Positions 52,822 through 64,000 of a stretch of 64,000 bases of DNA are shown here, one piece after another. A program made the translations under genes and the position numbers. The stretch is from the human T2T-CHM13v2.0 reference genome, Homo sapiens, in the NCBI RefSeq assembly GCF_009914755.1, contig NC_060948.1; one strand, written 5' to 3'. The stretch's first letter is position 1. Every line of letters starts with the position of its first letter. The notes under the pieces were generated by a model. The model searched no databases. It saw only the letters and a list, made by a program, of their open reading frames with translations, and had not been told where the DNA came from.

Positions 52822-54919
52822 AGATCCATATTTTTTAAATGAAAAAAAATTTCAAAGGTACTCTGCTTGGTACAATAATCAAATGTATAAACTGAGGAAT
52901 AAAACATAACCATGAAACCTACTTATAACTGCATATGGAAAATACAGAGGATAATTTTTTAAATAACATATTTTGAAAGCCTTAACTAGTAATTTGAAGA
53001 GTTGGCATTTGAAAGGCCAGTATGAATATACCTTCAAAGCAGCAACACAGGTTCCCCATGAGAAAAAGCAAACACAGGGAAAATAAAAACACAAAGGTTC
53101 AATCTCTTCTGACCTTTGAAAGACACAGCACAGACAGTGGTCCTTAGGACGAAGAGCAGGAGACCCCTAATTCCGTCACCATGGCGATAGGGCATAAACA
53201 TTGCTGGGTGAGGGTACAATCCACATTGTGAGGTCCAACTGCTGCCAGGAAGACAGGAATGCTTTTACATAGACCGAAAGGTCATTGAAGGCTCAGAGTT
53301 TTGTTTCAAGAACTGAATCCCAAGCCCACACGTTATTAGGCTGCGCTTCTTAAAACAAGTTATGAGATGGGAAAAAGGGCACCCACAAACATACGTATAC
53401 ATTATGTATATAATAATATACAGTATCATATATATAATATATATAACCTATGTATAATATTGTTTTACATCCTGCATCTTATGTTATATATATTGTACAA
53501 AATATAATAATTGATAATATATAAGTTTTATAATTATACAATATGACATATAGTATATATTATAATTTATGACATATATAATATATGTTATATATCATAT
53601 ATAGAATATATTATACGGTTAATATACGTATTAAATATAAATTATACATTATATATATTATATATAATATATCTGTTATATATAATACCCATTATGCATA
53701 ATATATATATTATGTCTATGTTATATATAGTATAAAACAACATATAATAATATATAATTGTATATATAAAATGCGACATATAATATATATTATATTTTAT
53801 AACATATGTAATATATATTATATATAATACGTTGTATGTATAATACCTATATTAAATATATATTATATGACTATGTTATTAATTACATGTCACATGTGTT
53901 ATATATTATATATTTTACATAGAATATACCGGTTACATACAATATATACTATGTTACCTATAATGTATAATTTATTACATGTAAAATAAAGACTGCAATA
54001 TATTATGTATAATTTATAATATACAATATGTGGAATGTGATATATATAACATATAATATATGATATATGATATACAGTATATGATATATAACATACAATA
54101 TATGATTCCTAATATATATGGTATACAATATATATTTTATGATATGTATTCTATATGTTTTATATTCTGTTATATATAACTATTTGAAATTATATATAAC
54201 TGTATAATATTTTATGTAAATATGTAATATAATATATATAACTATATAATATATTATATATAACTATATATTATGTTATATATACTTTTATAACATAATT
54301 TACATAAAATATCATAATATAATATATATTATATTATTTCATATTACATAATATATATTACATATCACCCAATATAACTAACATACATAATATTATAATA
54401 TAGATTATATTGTGTTATATTAAATATCATATATATCATGTATCATATATTCTATAATATATATTACACGTTATATAATATGTATGTTGTCTATTATGTG
54501 ATATATATAACTATATATATAATTATATTTTTATACATATAACTAGATAAACATGTAATTCTACATATTTTCATTTATAATATGTAGAATTATATAATCA
54601 TATATAATTATTTATATTCTATAAAAAATTTTATCATTATATAAATTATAATATATAAAAATTATAATATGTACTACAAATATATATATTATATATCATA
54701 TATGATATAGTACCTTTGTTATATATCATAATACATATAAATGTGTATTATGTTATCTATAATTATATAATTTCATATATAAGATGTATAATATGTGTCA
54801 TATATTATATATGTTATGTAATATATATAGTATATATAAGATGACACAGGATAAATATTATATACTATGACATATAAAATATATGAGGTTATATGTTACA
54901 TATAAGGCATAGCACATAA

Positions 54920-55234
<315 letters not shown>

Positions 55235-57339
55235 AGATCCATATTTTTTAAATGAAAAAAAATTTCAAAGGTACTCTGCTTGGTACAATAATCAAATGTA
55301 TAAACTGAGGAATAAAACATAACCATGAAACCTACTTATAACTGCATATGGAAAATACAGAGGATAATTTTTTAAATAACATATTTTGAAAGCCTTAACT
55401 AGTAATTTGAAGAGTTGGCATTTGAAAGGCCAGTATGAATATACCTTCAAAGCAGCAACACAGGTTCCCCATGAGAAAAAGCAAACACAGGGAAAATAAA
55501 ACCACAAAGGTTCAATCTCTTCTGACCTTTGAAAGACACAGCACAGACAGTGGTCCTTAGGACGAAGAGCAGGAGACCCCTAATTCCGTCACCATGGCGA
55601 TAGGGCATAAACATTGCTGGGTGAGGGCACAATCCACATTGTAAGGTCCAACTGCTGCCAGGAAGACAGGAGTGCTTTTACATAGACCGAAAGGTCATTG
55701 AAGGCTCAGAGTTTTGTTTCAAGAACTGAATCCCAAGCCCACTCGTTATTAGGCTGCGCTTCTTAAAACAAGTTATGAGATGGGAAACAGGGCACCCACA
55801 AACATACGTATACATTATGTATATAATAATATACAGTATCATATATATAATATATATAACCTATGTATAATATTGTATTACATCCTGCATCTTATACTAT
55901 ATATGTTGTATAAAATATAATATTTGATAATATATAAGTTTTATATTTATACAATATGACATATGGTATATATTATAATTTATGACATATATAATATATG
56001 TTATATATCATATATAGAATATATTATACGGTTAATATACGTATTAAATATAAATTATACATTATATATATTATATATAATATATCTGTTATATATAATA
56101 CCCATTAAGCATAATATATATATTATGTCTATATTATATATAGTATAAAACAACATATAATAATATATAATTGTATATATAAAATGCGACATATAATATA
56201 TATTATATTTTATAACATATGTAATATATATTATATATTATATATAATACGTTGTATGTATAATACCTATATTAAATATATATTATATGACTATGTTATT
56301 AATTACATGTCACATGTGTTATATATTATATATTTTACATAGAATATACCGGTTACATACAATATATACTATGTTACCTATAATGTATAATTTATTACAT
56401 GTAAAATAAATAATGCAATATATTATGTATAATTTATAATATACCATATGTGGAATGTGATATATATAACATATAATATATGATATATGATATACAGTAT
56501 ATGATATATAACATACAATATATGATTCCTAATATATATGGTATACAATATATATTTTATGATAAGTATTCTATATGTTTTATATTCTGTTATATATAAC
56601 TATTTGAAATTATATATAACTGTATAATATTTTATGTAAATATGTAATATAATATATACAACTATATAATATATTATATATAACTATATATTATGTTATA
56701 TATACTTTTATAACATAATTTACATAAAATATCATAATATAATATATATTATATTATTTCATATTACATAATATATATTACATATCACCCAGTATAACTA
56801 ACATACATAATATTATAATATAGATTATATTCTGTTATATTAAATATCATATATATCATGTATCATATATTCTATAATATATATTACACATTATATAATA
56901 TGTATGTTGTCTATTATGTGATATATATAACTATATATATAATTATATTTTTATACATATAACTAGATAAACATGTAATTCTACATATTTTCATTTATAA
57001 TATGTAGAATTATATAATCATATATAATTATTTATATTCTATAAAAAATTTTATCATTATATAAATTATAATATATAAAAATTATAATATGTACTACAAA
57101 TATATATATTATATATCATATATGATATAGTACCTTTGTTATATATCATAATACATATAAATGTGTATTATGTTATCTATAATTATATAATTTCATATAT
57201 AAGATGTATAATATGTATCATATATTATATATGTTATGTAATATATATAGTATATATAAGATGACACAGGATAAATATTATATACTATGACATATAAAAT
57301 ATATGAGGTTATATGTTACATATAAGGCATAGCACATAA

Positions 57340-57654
<315 letters not shown>

Positions 57655-59783
57655 AGATCCATATTTTTTAAATGAAAAAAAATTTCAAAGGTACTCTGCT
57701 TGGTACAATAATCAAATGTATAAACTGAGGAATAAAACATAACCATGAAACCTACTTATAAATGCATATGGAAAATACAGAGGATAATTTTTTAAATAAC
57801 ATATTTTGAAAGCCTTAACTAGTAATTTGAAGAGTTGGCATTTGAAAGGCCAGTATGAATATACCTTCAAAGCAGCAACACAGGTTCCCCATGAGAAAAA
57901 GCAAACTCAGGGAAAATAAAACCACAAAGGTTCAATCTCTTCGTACCTTTGAAAGACACAGCACAGACAGTGGTCCTTAGGACGAAGAGCAGGAGACCCC
58001 CTAATTCCGTCACCATGGCGATAGGGAATAAACCTTGCTGGGTGAGGGCACAATCCACATTGTGAGGTCGAACTGCTGTCAGGAAGACAGGAGTCCTTTT
58101 ACATAGACCGAAAGGTCATTGAAGGCTCAGAGTTCTGTTTCAAGAACTGAATCCCAAGCCCACACGTTATTAGGCTGCGCTTCTTAAAACAAGTTATGAG
58201 ATGGGAAACAGGGCACCCACAAACATACGTATACATTATGTATATAATAATATACAGTATCATATATATAATATATATAACCTATGTATAATATTGTATT
58301 ACATCCTGCATCTTATACTATATATGTTGTATAAAATATAATATTTGATAATATATAAGTTTTATATTTATACAATATGACATATGGTATATATTATAAT
58401 TTATGACATATATAATATATGTTATATATCATATATAGAATATATTATACGGTTAATATACGTATTAAATATAAATTATACATTATATATATTATATATA
58501 ATATATCTGTTATATATAATACCCATTAAGCATAATATATATATTATGTCTATGTTATATATAGTATAAAACAACATATAATAATATATAATTGTATATA
58601 TAAAATGCGACATATAATATATATTATATTTTATGACATATGTAATATATATTATATATTTTATATAATACGTTGTATGTATAATACCTATATTAAATAT
58701 ATATTATATGACTATGTTATTAATTACATGTCACATATGTTATATATTATATATTTTACATAGAATATACCGGTTACATGCAATATATACTATGTTACCT
58801 ATAATGTATAATTTATTACATGTAAAATAAAGAATGCAATATATTATGTATAATTTATAATATACAATATGTGGAATGTGATATATATAACATATAATGT
58901 ATGATATAAGATATAGAGTATATGATATATAACATACAATATATGATACCTAATATATATGGTATACAATATATATTTTATGATATGTATTCTCTATGTT
59001 TTATATTCTGTTATATATAACTATTTGAAATTATATATAACTGTATAATATTTTATGTAAATATGTAAGATAATATATATAACCATATAATATATTATAT
59101 ATAACAATATATTATGTTATATATACTTATATAACATAATTTACATAAAATATCATAATATAATATATATTATATTATTTCATATTACATAATATATATT
59201 ACATATCACCCAATATAAGTAACATACATAATATTATAATATAGATTATATTATGTTATATTAAATATCATATATATCATGTATCATATATTCTATAATC
59301 TATATTATACATTATATAATATGTATGTTGTCTATTATGTGATATATATAACTATATATATAATTATATTATTATACATATAACTAGATAAACATGTAAT
59401 TCTACATATTTTCATTTATAATATATAGAATTATATAATCATATATAATTATTTATATTCTATAAAAAATTATATCATTATATAAATTATAATATATAAA
59501 AATTATAAGATGTACTACAAATATATATATTATATATTATATATGATATAGCACCTTTGTTATATATCATAATACATATAAATGTGTATTATGTTATCTA
59601 TAATTATAAAATTTCATATATAAGATGTATAATATGTATTATATATTATATATGTTATGTAATATATATAGTATATATAAGATGACGCAGGATAAATATT
59701 ATATACTATGACATATAAAATATATGAGGTTATATGTTACATATAAAGCATAGCACATAACATGTAATATATATCATATATAA

Positions 59784-60075
59784 TTTTTTTTTAGACAGAG
59801 TCTTGTCGTGTTGCACAGGGTGGAGTACAATGGCGCCATCTTTGCTCACTGCAACATCTGCCTCACGGGTCCAAGCGATTGTCCTCCCTCAGACTCCCAG
59901 ATAGCTGGGACTACACCACACTGGGACTACACCAGCTGCCACCATGCCTAGCTAATTTTTTGGATTTTTAGTAGTGACAGCCTTTCACTGCATTGGCCAG
60001 GATGGTCTTGATCTCTTCACCTTGTGATCCCCTTGCCTTGGCCTCCAAATTTGCTGGGATTACAGGCCTGAGCCA
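59784..60075 (-). mobile_element. Diverged Alu, DYZ2 unit 18
   Basis: Same antisense Alu as 18698-18988. Confidence 0.9.
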
Positions 60076-62179
60076 AGATCCATATTTTTTAAATGAAAAA
60101 AAATTTCAAAGGTACTCTGCTTGGTACAATAATCAAATGTATAAACTGAGGAATAAAACATAACCATGAAACCTACTTATAACTGCATATGGAAAATACA
60201 GAGGATAATTTTTAAATAACATATTTTGAAAGCCTTAACTAGTAATTTGAAGAGTTGGCATTTGAAAGGCCAGTATGAATATACCTTCAAAGCAGCAACA
60301 CAGGTTCCCCATGAGAAAAAGCAAACTCAGGGAAAATAAAACCACAAAGGTTCAATCTCTTCTGACCTTTGAAAGACACAGCACAGACAGTGGTCCTTAG
60401 GACGAAGAGCAGGAGACCCCTAATTCCGTCACCATGGCGATAGGGCATAAACATTGCTGGGTGAGGGCACAATCCACATTGTGAGGTCCAACTGCTGCCA
60501 GGAAGACAGGAGTGCTTTTACATAGACCGAAAGGTCATTGAAGGCTCAGAGTTTTGTTTCAAGAACTGAATAACAAGCCCACACGTTATTAGGCTGCGCT
60601 TCTTAAAACAAGTTATGAGATGGGAAAAAGGGCACCCACAAACATACATATACATTATGTATATAATAATATACAGTATCATATATATAATATATATAAC
60701 CTATATATAATATTGTTTTACATCCTGCATCTTATATTATATATATAGTATAAAATATAATAATTGATAATATATAAGATTTATATTTATACAATATGAC
60801 ATATACTATATATTATATTTTATGACATATATAATATATGTTATGTATCTTATATAGAATATATTATACGGTGAATATACGTATTATATATAAATTATAC
60901 ATTATATATATTATAAATAATATATCTCTTATATATAATACGCATTATACATATTATATATATTATGTCTATGTTATATATAGTATAAAACAACATATAA
61001 TAATATATAATTGTATATATAAAATGTGACATATAATATATATTATATTTTATGACATATGTAATATATATTATATATTATATATAATACGTTGTATGTA
61101 TAATACCTATATTAAGTATATATTATATGACTATGTTATTAATTACATGTCACATATGTTATATATTATATATTTTACATGGAATATACCGTTTACATAT
61201 AATATATACTATGTTACCTATAATGTATAATTTATTACATGTAATATAATGAATGTCATATATTGTATATAATTTATAATATACAATATGTGGAATGTGA
61301 TATATATAACATATAATATATGATATATGATATACAGTATATGATATATAACATACAATGTATGATTCCTGGTATATATGGCATACAATATATATTTTAT
61401 GATACGGATTCTATATGTTTTATATTCTGTTATATATAACTACTTGAAATCATATATAACTGTATAATATTTTATATAAATATGTAATATAATATATATA
61501 AACATATAATATATTATATATAACTATATATTATGTTATATATACTTTTATAACATAATTTACATAAAATATCATAATATAATATATATTATATTATTTC
61601 ATATTACATAATATATATTACATATCACCCAATATGAGTAACATACATAATATTAAAATACAGATTATATTATGTTATATTAAATATCATATATATCATG
61701 TATCATATATTTTATAATATATATTATACATTATATAATATGCATGTTGTCTACTATGTGATATATATAACTATATATATAATTATATTATTATATATAT
61801 ATCTACATAAACATGTAATTCTATATATTTTCATTTGTAATATATAGAATTATATAATCATATATAATTATTTATATTCCATAAAAAAATATATCATTAT
61901 ATAAACTATAATATATAAAAATTATAATATGTACTAAAAATATATATATTATATATCATATATGACATAGTACCTTTGTTATATATCATATTACATATAA
62001 ATGTATATTATGTTATCTATAATTATACAATTTCATATATAAAATGTATAATATGTATTATATATTTTATGTGTTATGTAATATATATAGTATATATAAG
62101 ATGACACAGGATAAATATTTTAAACTATGACATATAAAATATATGAGGTTATATGTTACATATAAGGCATAGCACATAA

Positions 62180-62494
<315 letters not shown>

Positions 62495-64000
62495 AGATCC
62501 ACATTTTTTAAATGAAAAAAAATTTCAAAGGTACTCTGCTTGGTACAATAATCAAATGTATAAACTGAGGAATAAAACATAACCATGAAACCTACTTATA
62601 ACTGCATATGGAAAATACAGAGGATAATTTTTTAAATAACATATTTTGAAAGCCTTAACTAGTAATTTGAAGAGTTGGCATTTGAAAGGCCAGTATGAAT
62701 ATACCTTCAAAGCAGCAACACAGGTACCCCATGAGAAAAAGCAAACTCAGGGAAAATGAAACCACAAAGTTTCAATCTCTTCTGACCTTTGAAAGACACA
62801 GCACAGACAGTGGTCCTTAGGACGAAGAGCAGGAGACCCCTAATTCCGTCACCATGGCGATAGGGCATAAACATTGCTGGGTGAGGGCACAATCCACATT
62901 GTGAGGTCCAACTGCTGCCAGGAAGACAGGAGTGCTTTTACATAGACCGAAAGGTCATTGAAGGCTCAGAGTTTTGTTTCAAGAACTGAATCCCAAGCCC
63001 TCACGTTATTAGGTTGCGCTTCTTAAAACAAGTTATGAGATGGGAAAAAGGGCACCCACAAACATACGTATACATTATGTATATAATAATATACAGTATC
63101 ATATATATAATATATATAACCTATGTATAATATTGTTTTACATCCTGCATCTTATGTTATATATATTGTATGAAATATAATAATTGATAATATATAAGTT
63201 TATATTTATAAAATATGACATATAGTATATAATATAATTTATGACATATATAATATATGTTATATATCATATATAGAATATATTATACGGTTAATATACG
63301 TATTAAATATAAATTATACATTATATATACTATATATAATATATCTATTATACATAATACCCATTATGCATAATATATATATTATGTCTATGTTATATAT
63401 AGTATAAAACAACACATAATAATATACAATTGTATATATAAAATGCGACATATAATATATATTATATTTTATGACATGTAATATATATTATATATTATAT
63501 ATAATACGTTGTATGTATAATACCTATATTAAATATATATTATATGTCTATGTTATTAATTACATGTCACATATGTTATATATTATATATTTTACATGGA
63601 ATATACCCGTAACATACAATATATACTATGTTACCTATAATGTATAATTGATTAAATGTGAAATAAAGAATTCAATATATTATGTATAATTTATAATATA
63701 CAATATGTGGAATGTGATATATATAACATATAATATATGATATATGATATACAGTATATGATATATAACATACAATATATGATACCTAATATATATGGTA
63801 TACAATATATATTTTATGATATGTATTCTATATGTTTTATATTCTGTTATATATAACTATTTGAAATTATATATAACTGTATAATATTTTATGTAAATAT
63901 GTAATATAATATATATAACTATATAATATATTATATATAACTATACATTATGTTATATATACTTTTATAACATAATTTACATAAAATGTCAAAATATAAT

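Overview
Human satellite DNA, almost certainly Y-chromosome Yq12 heterochromatin, spanning one array boundary. Positions 1-17659 hold about 5 tandem copies of the ~3.55-3.57 kb DYZ1 (HSat3, degenerate GGAAT) unit. From 17660 to the end are 19 tandem cores of the ~2.42 kb DYZ2 (HSat1B) unit, each with an AT-rich simple sequence, an old antisense Alu and an HSATI-like segment. The first DYZ2 unit is rearranged: a 3-bp microhomology junction, a ~765-bp internal deletion, and a very young 5'-truncated AluY (Yc1-like) with a 12-bp target-site duplication. That AluY forms an inverted pair with the resident Alu 95 bp away. Shared variants among units reveal nested local duplications, a conversion-like patch and a possible 18-unit (43,506 bp) higher-order period. 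No credible protein-coding or RNA gene is present; all ORFs in the track are by-products of the repeats. I found no convincing new biological system. The interest lies in the boundary architecture and array evolution. All variant comparisons were made by eye.
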